Counted from the first letter of the stretch, positions 12,133 to 27,237 are shown. The stretch: 64,000 nucleotides of DNA from Chrysomallon squamiferum (GCA_012295275.1 CM022675.1:13454001-13518000); one strand, 5' to 3'. Numbers and translations are program-made. Notes: generated by a model from the sequence alone, not told the origin.

Positions 12133-14539
12133 GATAAATGGAATGATCGATAGATAGATGGATATGAGGATGAATAGATATAGAGAGAAAACCAGAGAGA
12201 CAAAGAAACTGATATGGAAAAGGAGCGAAAGAGAGAAATTATATTAGGGAGAGGAATAATAATTTAAAAAAAAAAACAAGAACGAAAGCTCAAAAAATGG
12301 AAGGACAAGAAAACGACATCCATCAGTTTATCCATCCATCTGTCTATATATCTATAACTGTAGATACAAACGTAAACAGGAATAATATTCAAATTTGAAA
12401 CATTCGAAACGAAAATGAGAAAATATTAATAAAGATTCGAAATCGTGTCTTAGCAGAGCGAGGATTGTTAACGGCAATTTGCTTTATTATCAAGCCACTG
12501 GCGAAACTATTTCATCAACGAATTTTCATTTTTTAATTTTTATTTTATATATTTTTTTTATATTTCCCCCAGATACATTTTTTTCTTTTCTTTTTTTTTT
12601 TTTTTTAAATAAATAAAATACCAACACAAAAGAAGACCAAAGATGAAAGGCCAAGCAGAATGAGACCGTCATTATAGAAATCAAACAGATATTAAAGAGA
12701 AAGAGAGAGAAAAAAAAGACAGGTTTGAGATCTTGAAACGAGAGTTTGTTCTAGTTGATTACGGAGATATTCTCGGGACCGGAAGGTGCTTCTAATGACG
12801 AGGAGGGATTTAACACAACCATTGTCGCCACAATGGACTCTTGAAAACGATATTTCCAAATACATCAAAGCAAATTATTTCTCTTTCGTTTTTTGTTTTT
12901 TTGTTTTTTTTTTAAAGTAATTTGAAATGTTCAAGTTTCAGCTTTTACACAAAAGAAAAAAAGAAGCAAAAAATAAAAAAAAATAAAAAATGTAGGCATA
13001 TTCAGAATTAAGAAAAAGTAATAAAAATAATAAAAGTAGACTGACTTACATATTTAATTATTTGATTGTTCAAAATAGTAAATTTAAAATAGAAGAATAA
13101 TAAAGATGATTCGCAATATCATAATACTTATACAATGTATATACACATATACTTTCTCCTTCCCCTACATATATACATATATACATATATACATATGTAG
13201 GTGTGATATATATATATACACACACACAGTTATATTTTCTCTCTCTCTGTCTGACTCTGCCTCGCCCTGTTTATTGCCTTTCACTTTCCATATTTATTAT
13301 TTTTCTTTCTTTGTTTTCATCCAGTTCAGAAAGCAATTATCATTTCTAACACATTTGGATAAAAAAAAAAAAAAAAACATCAACTATGATTATCGAGACC
13401 ATCTAAACACGTGACAACCTCGAGGACATGAAAAAAAAAAAAAAAAAAAAAAAATAAATGAACACAGTAACCACACGTATTTTGTTCTAGAGCAGTTACA
13501 GACACAAACGAGACAAACCCGTCGACGCCCTATTCGCCTTTTCTCGTCTGCAATTCGTGACGTGGCGAGAAAAATCCACGGTACGATAAAAACACGTCAT
13601 TCCATTAAACGAGACTTAGAAACGTTTTTTTTTTGTTTTTTGCACGCAGATTACGTCGAGTCGTAAATGAACTGGCCATGATTGCCATTTTACGTCTAAT
13701 TTACGACTAGCTGTGTTTAGCTTTTCTGTACGTTTAATCCCCATTTTCCGCACACACAATTCGCCGCGTGGAGATCTCTGCACATTTGTCATATTTATTC
13801 TGTATTCTTTATTTTTAAAGTCTATAATTTGGTCAAAAGTAATCTATATGCGATGCTTTCGTTTCGCTTAATGTTTGGTCTAAACATTTCACGAGGAAAC
13901 CGAGTCTGAATGTCGTCGTGACATGCAGCTGATGATGTTGTAGTGATAGCAACAGCAGCAACAGCAGCTGTAGTAGTAGTAGTTTTAGTAGTAGCAGAAG
14001 TCTTATTAATATAATATTAATAATAATAATAAAATGAAGAAGAAGTAGTAGTGGTGGTAGTAGTAGTATTTGCAATATTAATAATAATAAAAATCGCAGT
14101 ACTACTACTACCACTATTCTAGTAATAGTGATAACAGTAGTAGTAGTTGTTGTAGTAGTAGTAGCAGCAGTAGTAGTAACAACAGTAATGGTATTAGCAG
14201 TGTAGTAATACTACATATAATGAATCTGACGTCTCTGGTTGCACGGGCTGAATCTTTATTCTGCACGTTTTCAGCGAGAAAGTGAAACTGGACAAAGTTA
14301 ACACAGAAAAGTCCGTGGCCTCCTTGTAAACAATATCGACCCGAGAAACGTAATAAGAAAGTTCCTCAATTGCTTCCGAAGTCTAATCTATCTCCCCTAC
14401 TGCGTCATCCATCACTTTCACCCTCCATCTACACCGAGACCAGCTTTTCTCAGACCTCCGTGTTCACGTCTTGTTTAACAGAAAGAGATGTGTAGTAGCA
14501 GAAATATAGATAGATAGATAGAGAGTTAGATAGCTAGAG

Positions 14540-14570
<31 letters not shown>

Positions 14571-14696
14571 GATAGATAGATAGATAGATAAACACAAACA
14601 TACATGCATACACATACCTGCAAACATATATACATATCTACATGAAGATAGTTAAATAGGTACATGATATATAGACAGACACACACACAGACAGAC

Positions 14697-14735
<39 letters not shown>

Positions 14736-14981
14736 ACAATGGTTACCACAGTTATCGTTACCATGATAATAACCATCATCATCATCATCACACTGATGTT
14801 CAAATCATAATCCATAGAATTCTGATATAATTTAACAATTTATCAAGGGGTTTGCTGTTTCTGATTACCAGTAATAATGAAAATTTGTTCCCGTAAGGTA
14901 ATCCATTTAACTGCAACAAAACTCTAAGAATGTAAGATGTGGCATGGTATAAACTCATCAGCTTAAAACTATTATATATAT

Positions 14982-15178
<197 letters not shown>

Positions 15179-15550
15179 GTGAGACGTACAACGTGTTCAG
15201 TGGGAAGGCTTAGAAAAAATTCCTTCCTGCTAAAGAACAACCATTTTTAATGTAATAACGCCTCTGATATCAACAGTTTACAAAAAGAGCAGAGCAACAG
15301 CAACAACAACGACAATATGATAATAATGGTAATGATGATGATGATGATGATAAGAACAATTCTACTAGTGGTGCTATTACTACTATTTAAAAAAAAAAAA
15401 ATGATAACAGTAGTAGTAGTAGTTGTTGTTGTTGTAGCAGTAGCAGTAGTAGCAGTAGTAGTAGTAGTAGTAGTAGATTTCGTAGTAGTAGTAACAACGA
15501 CAAATTACAAAATATGTTAATAATAACAGCTATTAATATGTGTTTTTAGA

Positions 15551-15663
15551 CATTCATTCATTTATTCATTCATTCATCCAGCCATCTACTCACCCATTCA
15601 TTCATTCATTCATTCATTCATTCATTCATCCAGCCATCTACTCACCCATTCATTCATTCATTC
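15551..15663. repeat. (ATTC)n tract with duplicated TCCAGCCATCTACTCACCC insert
   Basis: Two identical inserts within the ATTC repeat. Confidence 0.85.
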
Positions 15664-16372
15664 TACCAGTGTGCACTGTTTACTCTTCAGCTCAATAACA
15701 GGCGTCAGATAAAGCAAACAGAGCTTTTCATTATCGACATTTAACAAACAAACAACTTGCTAATACGTTCGTTTGTAACCGACACCCGGTCTGTCAGACA
15801 GACGGCGGCGAGAAAACACGAGCCGATGTCTGTACGTGTTTCGCACGTGTTGCATGGCGAGCAGGCAGACGTCAGCTGCAATGGGAGAAATGAAAATCTT
15901 TGCCTTTAGGTGTTTGTGTGTGTGTGTGTAACGTCAACAGTTGGTTTCCTCTGAGAACCTCCACAGTGTTTTCTCTGTTCTCGCTGTAAGTGGGGGGAAG
16001 ATGGGGACGACGTAACGACTGGGTGTGACAGATTTAGAAAAATAAAGATTTTGTTGTTAAACAATTTTTTTTTTTTTTCGTGTTTTCGTAGCTTTATTTT
16101 TTTTTTTTTTTTTTTTTTTGTGTGTGTTTTTTTTTTTTTTTTTTTTTTCGCCTTTTTTTTTTTTCTGAAGCTCTATTGTTCTGTGCTAACAAAACTTTGA
16201 CACGAATGAGAATCTGATTTAAATGTACTTCTTTCTTTGTCTCCCTCCAGTCCTCTCTTCCTTTCTTCCTTTCTAATTTTCCGTCTCTCTCTGTCTCTAT
16301 GTCTTTCTTTCTCTCATGATTCTTTGCATTTATATTTCCCTTTCTTTTTCCTTTTTTCTCTCTCGCTCTCTT

Positions 16373-16451
<79 letters not shown>

Positions 16452-17496
16452 TTTTCTCTTTCTCTCTTTTTCTCTCTCTGTCTTTCTATCTCTTTCTCCC
16501 ATTATCTGTTCGTCTCATTTTCTTTTTTCTCTTTTAATCTTTCTCTTTTATCTATTATTTCATTTTATAATCTTTCTCATGTATATCTATCTATATCTCT
16601 ATCTATCTATCTATCCTCTCAACGTCTGTCACAGTGTAAGTCTCTGATTTTGCATCTATCAGTCAATCAATCTATCTATCTATCTATCTATCTGTCTATC
16701 TATATATATATATCTATCCCTCTATCTATCAATCAATCAATCTATCTATCTATCTATCTATCTATCGCCTCTCTCATTCCTCGTTACTTCCTCCTCCTTC
16801 TCTCTCTCTCTTCAATTTCTCCCTTTTCGCTTCTCTCCACAAAACACTACGACGATGGTATCTGCCACGTGCACTCGGAATAATTCAATTTGTAAGAGAG
16901 ATACTTCAGCGAGAGTCTCAATTTTCAGATTACTTAATTAAAGTTTATCTCCGAGAATACTCAGCCATGTTTTATATCTCAGTTATTATTCGCCGCCTTT
17001 CTGTGTAATTATTATTATCTTGATGACTCCTCAGTCCTGATACGTTCTGGCTGGTTAGATTCGTGATGTATTAAACACAGACGATCCTCGGATTGTTCTC
17101 AAAGACCAGGTTTTTCCTCTGCACGTAATTGAAAGGCTAAAAATCGCACTTGTTTGATGATTATGAAATGATTTTTCAGTACACCCCGAGAGTCGTAACT
17201 ATTTCATGTCTAATAATAAACAAAATGAATTATAATAATAATGAAACAAAAATAACAACAGCAACAACATCAACAATAACAACAATAATAATAATAACAA
17301 CAACAACAACAACATTAATAACAACAATTGTAATAACAGTAAAACAAACCATAATCAGCTACGTTTCAGATAAACCGCGTATTAAACGGAGAAATTAACA
17401 GTTAGCAAAGCTCTTTATTAATTACTCTGCTAATCCTAACATAATCCGGTGAAATTAACACGCTGCAGTGGTTTTCATTTGGCACGTAATAGCATC

Positions 17497-17569
17497 GTCG
17501 GGTTATTTCAACGGTTAAAACTTTTATGTGAAGCGAAACGGGACGCGGGATCGATTCCTGCAGTCGTCA
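17497..17569 (+). pseudogene. Degenerate tRNA-like sequence (tRNA pseudogene or tRNA-derived SINE head)
   Basis: A-box-like TTATTTCAACGGTTAAAAC. T-arm GCGGG-ATCGATT-CCTGC pairs, overall length ~73 nt. Acceptor and anticodon stems do not pair, so it is not a functional tRNA. Confidence 0.55.
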
Positions 17570-17782
17570 TTTTTATTTCTCCCAGTCCAGACGCATCACA
17601 CGGTTATTTTATTACGCAGCTTGGTGCGTGATTTGACGGGTTTTATTGGAAAATGCATATAAAAGACTCCTAGCTGTTAGATATACTGAGTATCTCACAG
17701 GTTAATTAAACAGAAGTTTGCACCAGGAGCAAGCAATCGTCTATACAGATTTGCTCTAATACACATTTATATGGGATAGCGG

Positions 17783-18232
17783 CAGGGAAAATTTTATATC
17801 AGTTTTTCCCACCAGCAAGGAATATTTTATATATATCTTTCCCACCAGTAAGGAATATTTAATATCTATTTCCCCACCAGCAAGGAATATTTTATATTTA
17901 TCTTTTCCACCATCAAGGAATATTTTATATCTCTCTCCACCATCAAGGAATATTTTATGTCGATATTTCCCACCAGTAAGGAATATTTTATATCTATCTT
18001 TCCCACCAGTAAGGAATATTTTAAATCTCTCTCCACCAGCAAGGAATATTTTATGTATATCTTTCCACCAGTAAGGAATATTTTATATCTATCTTTCCCA
18101 CCAGTAAGGAATATTTTATATCTATCTTTCCCACCAGTAAGGAATATTTTATGTCTATCTTTCCCACCAGTAAGGAATGTTTTATGAATATCTTTTTTTA
18201 CCCGCAAGGAATATTTTATGCCTATCTTTTCC
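17783..18232. repeat. 33-bp minisatellite, ~14 units, consensus CCCACCAGTAAGGAATATTTTATATCTATCTTT
   Basis: AAGGAAT recurs 13 times at 30-34 bp spacing. Explains ORFs 17866-18207 and 17957-18187. Confidence 0.95.
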
Positions 18233-18708
18233 TGGAAGATGAGGAAATATACGATAGACCTTTCATAAACCAGACCCGACAGGCTCCATAGACAGCTTAA
18301 TGGAATTAAATCTGAATGCTTCGAGAAAGTAAAAATAATTTTTACAGATAATAATTTTTACACAGATAACAAGTTTATGGATGGGTTTAAATCCTTATAA
18401 ACCAAAGAATTCGTTAAAACTAAATGTTGAGAAAAAAAAAAAAAAAATAAAAAAATAAAAAAAATAAATAAAAAAATAAAAATTAGATAAAACAGGTATG
18501 TTCTGCTTCCAGATAGGTTTAATGACATCCCATTACTGAAACATTAATTTTACGACGGCTCTGGTTTATAGCTTTTGAAAAAATATAAAACTGAACGTTG
18601 AAAGATTTTTAACTATCAGTAGAATGTGTAATTATTCACTTTGAGAACACACCTGTAAAACAGAGGAGGAACTGAGAGAAAGAAACAGAGACAGACAGAC
18701 AGACAGAC

Positions 18709-18784
<76 letters not shown>

Positions 18785-19067
18785 GGGCAGAGAGAGAGAC
18801 AGAAAGGATGAGTGAGAGAGACATAGAGAGAGAGGCAGAGAGAGAGACAGAAAGGATGAGTGAGAGAGAGAGAGAAGACAGAAAGGATGAGTGAGAGACA
18901 GAGACAGAGCCAGAGAAAGAGAGACAGAGACAGAGAGAGAGAGACAAAGAGACAGAGAGAGACAGAGACAGAGAGAGAGAGATTAAAGTAGAGACAATAT
19001 CACTGAGGTATTGAAGGAGAACAACAACAACAACAATAATAATAATAAGAAGAAAAATAATCATATA

Positions 19068-19153
<86 letters not shown>

Positions 19154-19945
19154 TAATAATAATAATATATGAAGGCATAAATAAACAAACAAACAAACAA
19201 ACAAACAAACAAAAACAAATAAAAACTATTACAACGTACTTACAAACGTAACAACTGAAGCCACTGAATAAATTCCATCGCGTAAGATCAAAATACTTTT
19301 CATTTCAGGCAACCACTCATTCTAGTTTTGTTCTAAACAAAAAAAAAAAAAACCCTAGAGAAGAGAGAGAAGAAAAAAAAAACATAAAAAAAATAAAAAA
19401 TGTTTTAAAAAATCCAACAGAAGTTCACACCTGCTTCTTTACGTTCGTCAGTAATCTTGAATAAACGAAGCAACATTCGCGGTAAAGAAATCAGTGTTTT
19501 TTCTCTTCCTCCTCCAACTCTAGCGGAGATCTTAACCGAAATAACGTCAGGTACTCCTCACTACCGCAACGTGCCTCAAAAAAACCTCACTGGTGATTGG
19601 CCTGTGCGTGTTTTGTGCGCTGAGAAGAAACAGGAGTGTCCCAGCAATCCAACCAGCCAGCGCCGTTTTACCAGATAATAATGTCTTCTTTTTTTTTATT
19701 TCTTATTCTTGTTCTATCTTTCTTCTTCTTTTTCTTTTCTTTTTTTTTTTTTTTTTTTATTTATTTACTTTTATTTTTTTTTCTTCTCGGGTGTGATGGG
19801 GGGTGGAGGCGAGGAGTATCAACTAGAGTTAGCTCCCCCTCCAAAAATGATTATGAAAATGTAGATATGAGTGGATTAACGTTTCGTGTGCTGCAGTTCT
19901 TAGATTTTCAACTAGCGACAAATTGTAAACATGCCTTTATTAAAA

Positions 19946-20062
<117 letters not shown>

Positions 20063-20519
20063 ATATGTATGTATATAGAAACTCATATATAACAAAACAA
20101 AACATATGCATATACACAGGAAAAACTGAAAAGGGAAACAACAACAACAACAACAATAATAATAAGAAGAAGAAGAAGAGAAAGAAGAAGAAGAAGAACA
20201 AGAAGGGAAAGAAGAAGAAGAAGAGTATTGTATTTTAACAAATTAACACGTATGAGTTATTTAATGTGTGAGATGTCTGAAGAAAAGAAGAACCTGTCTG
20301 CTGTAATAAATATAGAATATTTAGTTAATAAGTCCTGTGATGTATTTGTCTTAGTTAATGACGTGACATAATTAAAACGCGTATTTTCTTACAGCGTCCA
20401 GACACTATCACCAGTTTTAATCTTGCTTGATTACATCCCCTTGCAGAGGTCTTCATGAAAACTGCTCAACACGATTATCAACAGAAAAACAGAAAACTGA
20501 GAAAACGGTAGATAATCTG

Positions 20520-20522
<3 letters not shown>

Positions 20523-20605
<83 letters not shown>

Positions 20606-20691
20606 ATTTAATTTAATTTAATTTAATTTTAATTTTATTATTATTATTATTATTATTTATTTATTTTTAAGAAAGCTATTGCAATGCATAC

Positions 20692-20773
<82 letters not shown>

Positions 20774-20795
20774 ATTAATTAATTAATTTAATTTA

Positions 20796-20830
<35 letters not shown>

Positions 20831-20878
20831 TTATATTTATATTTATATTTATATTTATTTAAGAAAGCTATTGCAATG
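20523..20878. repeat. Tandem duplication of a (CT)n-(AATTT)n-(TTA)n-AAGAAAGCTATTGCAATG module
   Basis: The unique 18-mer occurs at 20669 and 20861, each time after the same ordered set of microsatellites. Confidence 0.85.
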
Positions 20879-21198
20879 AAAGATGTTTTCTGGGTCTATC
20901 AACTGAGCTGTAAATAGAAAATCTATTCCACGGACGAGCTGAGAACGTCTGTTTTAATCATTAGTTAATTAGAGAATCTGCATAATCTAATTATATTTTC
21001 AATCTTGCTACGTAACGTAATTTAATTACAAACGTCGTAAATCATACAGTTACGTTTGTTCTAGCAGCTTCAAATCCACGTAATGAAAACGCGCTCTGGA
21101 AAGAAGCAAAAAAACATGCAAGGTGTTTTCTGGGTCTGTGAAAAAATGAAAAGAATCTAAGAGAAAGAGAAAGAAACACGGAAGAAACACACAGAGAG

Positions 21199-21296
<98 letters not shown>

Positions 21297-21463
21297 GAAA
21301 GAATGATGAGAGACAAAAAAGTGTATGTGCGATTATATATGTATGTGCGTATATATATAATATATATCTGTATATGTGTGTATTTGTGTGTTTGTCTGTA
21401 TGTATGTATATGTATGCAGCTGTCTTTCTATGTATCTATGTATGCAGTACATATATCCGAATA

Positions 21464-21522
<59 letters not shown>

Positions 21523-22525
21523 CGTATTTATTAGTTATTATTTAACTCATATACTACAAGACAAAGAGGCAGGTAACTGTAACAACACCTCGTCTAATCT
21601 CCGAGTCACCTGTTTGCGCGGTACACAGGTTGTGTTCACAATGCCTCGCTTTCCATTGTGTGCTCTGGGGTTAAGTGAAATGCGTGCAGGTGATGGAGTC
21701 ATCACAATCGAAGCGTAAACAGCTATGATATCATTTACCGACAGACTGACAGCCGAACGTCAGGTGAAAACATCTGACAAAAAATTGATTGTCGGAAGGC
21801 AGCTGGGGGAGAGAGTGCACAGTTGGAGGGGGGGTGGGGTGAAGGCGGATGAAAGAGAGACACAGGAGAGATGATGAATGAGTGAGAGAGAGAGAGAGGG
21901 GTTATGTGGTGTACATAGATAGAGAGATATAGAGAAAGAAACACACAGATAGAAGATAGATAGATAGATAGATAGATAGACAGATAGATATAGATAGATA
22001 GATAGATACATACATACATACATACATAGATACATAGAGAGAGAGATATATAGACAGCAAGACAGACATACAGACGGACACACAGACAGATAGATAGATG
22101 GACAGATAAAAAGATAGACTAATAAACAGACACAGATATACAAAAATAAAACTTACAAACTGAAAACAGAAATAAACGAAGAATGAAACACACAAACAGA
22201 CAGACGGACATTCAACTGCCACGGATTCGACAACAACAACAACAACAACACAGCCACAACAGCAACAACAAAATTCTCTTCTTATAAAACCTACTTGTTC
22301 TCTGAAGAAATACAAACCAAAAATATAACAAGCAAGAACCTAAAAAAAAAAAAGAAAATGTAAAAAATTCACAAGTTCTCGCCTCTGTTTTCTGTTCGCG
22401 ATTTAATCAGCGCATTGAAAAAACGTTAGTTATGGTCAGCGACACTGGTATCTCGCAATTTGGAACCGCACCAGATATTCTGAATAAAAAAAAATAAAAA
22501 TAAAAATAAAAATAAAAATGTTTCT

Positions 22526-22556
<31 letters not shown>

Positions 22557-22709
22557 TATACATATACCTCGGAGTTTATATTTAGTTGCACGAGAAGATA
22601 CGAAAAAAAAAATAAAAGAGATGATAAAATTATTGCAAGAATGTTATTGTATCGTGAAAAGAAAAGAAAAGATAATTTTTTTTTTTTCCGCGCCTGTTGG
22701 AAATAGCTT

Positions 22710-22986
22710 TGGTGATGTTGGTGGGGGGGTGGGGTGTAATGGTGGGGTGATTTTTGGAGGTGAAGATGGGGTGATGATAGATGAGGTGGGGTCATGATTG
22801 ATGTGATGATGATTGGTATGATGGTGTGATGATGACTGGGATGATGGGGCGATGGTGATTGGGATGATGATGATTGGGATGATGGGGTAATGCGGGGGTC
22901 ACGATGGGTTGATGCCTGTAATGATGAAGGTGATGATGAGAGATGGTAATGATGATGATGATGATGATGATGATAATGGTGGTGAT
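22710..22986. repeat. Degenerate G-rich (GAT/GGT)n tract
   Basis: GATGAT/GGTG repeats with several GGGG runs. Confidence 0.8.
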
Positions 22987-23743
22987 CTTATTATTTTCAA
23001 AAGTCACAAGACAGTAATAACGACGGCAAAAAAGGTCGAGGTCATATTGTTTATTCTGTAGTTGTTGTGATACTGCAGTGACTGCTGTAGTGGTGGTAGT
23101 AATTGTAGAGGTTGCCCTGGTAGTGACTGTGTTAATATTACTGAAATTACTTCTACTGCGGTTGGCTATGATCACAGAGGTCGATGTAGCAGTGAGTTTG
23201 CTGTACGTGATAGTCGTGGTAGTGGTAGTAGTCGTGACGGTAGTAGTAGTTTGTACAGTAACACTATTTACACGTATACTAGCAACTTGCTAGCAACTTG
23301 CTACAAATAAATGAACTCGCCCGAGATCGCAACCCTTTGAAAAATATTTTCCATGAAAACATTTCAGTGACTATTTTCCTATAACAACTACATCATATGC
23401 AACACAAAACTGTTCAGTGTTTTTCATCTGAATTGTTTCCTGGGCTATCAATAGGCCCGTAAACAGCGATAAAACCAAAACGGCCGAAAAGAACGTTTGT
23501 ACAACTAATCTGAATAACTAAGACATTTCTGCAGCTTTATTTTTTCCTGCAATTTTGTTTTTTTTCTCGTTTTTACGATGTCCATTTCATAGGTCAATTG
23601 CTGACCAACGTCCGGCCGTGTGCGTTATTGCCAATTATCCTCTTAACGTGGCGAAAAAATACAACTAAAGCTAAAACGCCACGCTGTAAAGATGTAAAAA
23701 TGTCGTCAGTGATTCATGTGTTGTGGTTGATTTATTAGCTAAT

Positions 23744-24252
23744 ATATTAACACGTTTTAACAGTCTGTTGTAACGTGTTGTTTGTAAACGTACATATTAA
23801 CAATCACGTGTAACGTGTTGTTTGTAAACGTACATATGAATAACCTCTTGTAACGTGTTGTTTGTAAACGTACATATTAACAATCTCTTGTAACGTGTTG
23901 TTTGTAAACGTACATATTAACAATATCTTGTAACGTGTTGTTTGTAAACGTACATATTAACAATATCTTGTAACGTGTTGTTTGTAAACGTACATATTAA
24001 TAATCTCTTGTAATTTGTTGTTTGTAAACTTACATCTGAAGTCTTGTAACGTATTCTACGTAAACGTATATATTAACATTCTCTTGTAACGTGTTGTTTT
24101 AAACGTACATATTAACAATCACGTGTAACGTGTTGTTCGTAAACGTACATATTAACATTCTCTTGTAACGAGTTGTTTGTAAACGTATATATTAATAATC
24201 ACTTGTAACGTGTTGCTTGCAAATGTACATATTAACACCATTTAACAGACTG
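23744..24252. repeat. 40-bp minisatellite, 12 units, consensus TTGTAACGTGTTGTTTGTAAACGTACATATTAACAATCTC
   Basis: Units start near 23769, 23809, 23849, 23889, 23929, 23969, 24009, 24045, 24085, 24124, 24164 and 24204. Both ends carry ATATTAACAC(gt/ca)TTTAACAG(t/a)CTG. Confidence 0.95.
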
Positions 24253-24275
24253 CCGAACGTTGTTTTATCTATACA

Positions 24276-24314
<39 letters not shown>

Positions 24315-25106
24315 ATATACACACATACAGTCATACATGCATATATAATACGTACGTACATACATACATACATACATATATATATACATACATACATAGT
24401 ATTTCTCCTTATAATGTGAAAAAAAGAAGTTAAAAAGAAAAGAAAGAAAGAAAGAAAGAAAGACACAAGCAAACAAATAAATAATTATGTAAATAAATAA
24501 ATAAATAAATAAACTTTCATGAAAGAAGGTCCCACAGTTCATTTTATTTTTTTCCTCAAACTTCATTACAGTGGCTTCCGTAAACGATTAACTTGATTGT
24601 GTGCACTTACCTTTAATTAATTAATTAATTAACTACAGGTAGTTTTAAGGTGTGCCTCTTAATATCAAGTGCATATAATTAACATTTATCCTTGCCCTTG
24701 TAATACAAATAAAAAAAAAAAAAAAAAAACCTTTTTCGGTTGATTCAGGTACAGCCAGTGTAGTAATTGTTCTGACGTGGTGGTAGCTGTTATCGTCATA
24801 CACCTAGTAACAGCAGGGTTTTTTGATTTACTGCCGTATTACTACTGTTTGAAGAAAACGACAGGAAATTGTGCAGTTAGGGAAAATATTTACTTATGTA
24901 ATTAGATTTGATTTAACGTTGATTAAAATGAGCGGACGGGCTGTTCACTGAAGAGATAAAATTTAAAAAAAAAAAAAAAAGAAAAAGAAGAAGAAGTAAA
25001 GAAGGTTAATTTCAGTGATGAGCTTAAGAGTAACACTTAGTTGTGTAGAAGTATGGGAACTCAGAAAAATGAAGTTAAGAGTGAACAGGAGAGACAGAGA
25101 GAGAGG

Positions 25107-25239
<133 letters not shown>

Positions 25240-25816
25240 CAGAAAATGAAAGAGGCATATACAGAGAGACAGAAAGAGACAGAGACAGAAACAGAAAACG
25301 AGAGAGAGAGAGAAAGAAAGACAGATAAATCGAGAGATAAAACAAACTGGCTTACAGGCGGAAAATCTTGTGAACAGACAAGATACACACATAAATAAAA
25401 GGAAATAATAATCATTATAATAATAATAGTAATAATAATAATATTAATGATCATAATGATGACGATGATGATGGAAATAATAATAGCAATGATGATGATG
25501 ATGGTGATGACAACAACCACCACCACAACAACAATAACAATAGTAATCGTGTCTAATTTGTAACTGATACTTTAAAGAGGAGATTATCCAAATATTCTAC
25601 ACAGCCATGTAACTATGACAACTGAACGCAGAGCTGAATGTTTCAAACTGATAAATATACACACTGAAATATATTTGTCTTACGTACACGTTTGCCTGTG
25701 AGAGAGAAAAAACAAGAAGAAAAGACGAAAACCAGCTCTTAAGTGTTTTGAAAAAAACAAGCGATAGAAACCCCGTACACACCTGTTGCAGAAACTACTC
25801 TGAGTATGTAGAGAAA

Positions 25817-25820
<4 letters not shown>

Positions 25821-25889
<69 letters not shown>

Positions 25890-26200
25890 TGTTGTTTTTC
25901 ATTATTATTACTATTATTATTATTACTGTTGTTTTTCATTATTATTACTATTATTATTATTATTATTATTGTTATTATTATTACTGTTGTTATTGTTGTT
26001 GCTATTGTTATAATTATTATTATTAGTGGTGTTATGACCATCATTGCTGTTATTATTTGTTGAAATAGTAGTAATAATATAACACCATCTCGTTGTTGTA
26101 GCAGTAGTAGTTGCAGCAATAGTAGCAGTTTTAGTAATAGCTGCGGCAGCAGTGGTTGTACTAGTAGAATTAGTAGTTGTAGTAATAACAGTAAGTAAGT
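25821..26200. repeat. (TTA)n/(TTG)n/(AGT)n compound trinucleotide field
   Basis: Read directly. Comparable fields near 19020-19170, 32587-32935, 33345-33635, 35400-36060, 40980-41330, 58220-58348, 62440-62830 and 63093-63470. Confidence 0.93.
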
Positions 26201-26893
26201 AGGTAATTAAGAATAGGTAATCAAGTATAATATCAAGTGTAATGAAATGCATACTGGTAAGTATAATACCAGGTGTAATGTTTGGTATAGCGGTAAATAT
26301 TAACATAATATTAACTATTACTGTATGTATCGAGTTAAAAATTTGCAGTTATGAGCATAGTTATGGTATAATTAAGAGGTAATTCAAATAGTAGAAAACT
26401 TAATATTAACAAAATAAAAATATAACAACTACAATAACAACAACGACGACGACGGCAACAAAAGAAGAAATGCACTACAAAAATATACAGCAGAAAGGAA
26501 AAGAAATATTTGAAAGAAAAATCAAAGTGAAGAAAAATTTATTTTTTATTCACTGAAGACGAAAATAGCTCGATGTTTGCCCGGCTGGTATAAATATTTC
26601 TAAAACTGCGATTTCTGCGGATCTCATATTTCAGATATTTTGGGAAATTTCACGAGAAATGTTGACAAGAAATTTAGACATTAAATACCACTTTTTTTTT
26701 TCTTCTTTTCATTTCGTTTTTTTTCTCTATTTTATTATTTTTATGCTTCTCGCAATTGGCACGCTAGATAAGTTAATCGTGTGAATATACAGAAAATATT
26801 TATCATTTCAAATTTATCTCTCAGAGTTATCTTGGTAATAACACTTGCACTATAACAGCCACATTTAAAAATACGTGAGCATTTTCTCTTTTC

Positions 26894-26926
<33 letters not shown>

Positions 26927-27237
26927 TCTGTATAATTTTCTTTTGTGTCTGTTTCAATTACTATTTGTATATTTTCCCTTGAAAGCAAAACCTGATGATT
27001 TATCGAACACAGTTAGTATGTTAGACTGTTAGTGAGTCATGGTCATACCACTCCCAAACGTCTAGGTTGGGCAAAATGATCTTAAGTGTTAGCGTTAGTA
27101 AGTTAAATTGTTAGTTAGAGAGAACAGAGACATGACTGTACGGAACGCAATCACTGATATGTATCTCGTAAACACTTTGTTAGTACGTTAGAGTGTTAGT
27201 ACAGTCCTTGACAACTGCCAGATTCAGTCTGTGTTGT

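Noticed and set aside
17497-17569. Functional tRNA gene
   Set aside because: Only the T-arm pairs; acceptor, D and anticodon stems are broken and no anticodon can be assigned.
17810-18045. Chi sites (CCACCAGC, reverse complement of GCTGGTGG) in the minisatellite
   Set aside because: Chi acts through bacterial RecBCD. Here it is one unit variant of a eukaryotic repeat, with no evidence of function.
22720-22795. G-quadruplex
   Set aside because: G-runs are present but loops are long and irregular, and the tract is a decayed (GAT/GGT)n repeat. Not supportable without scoring.
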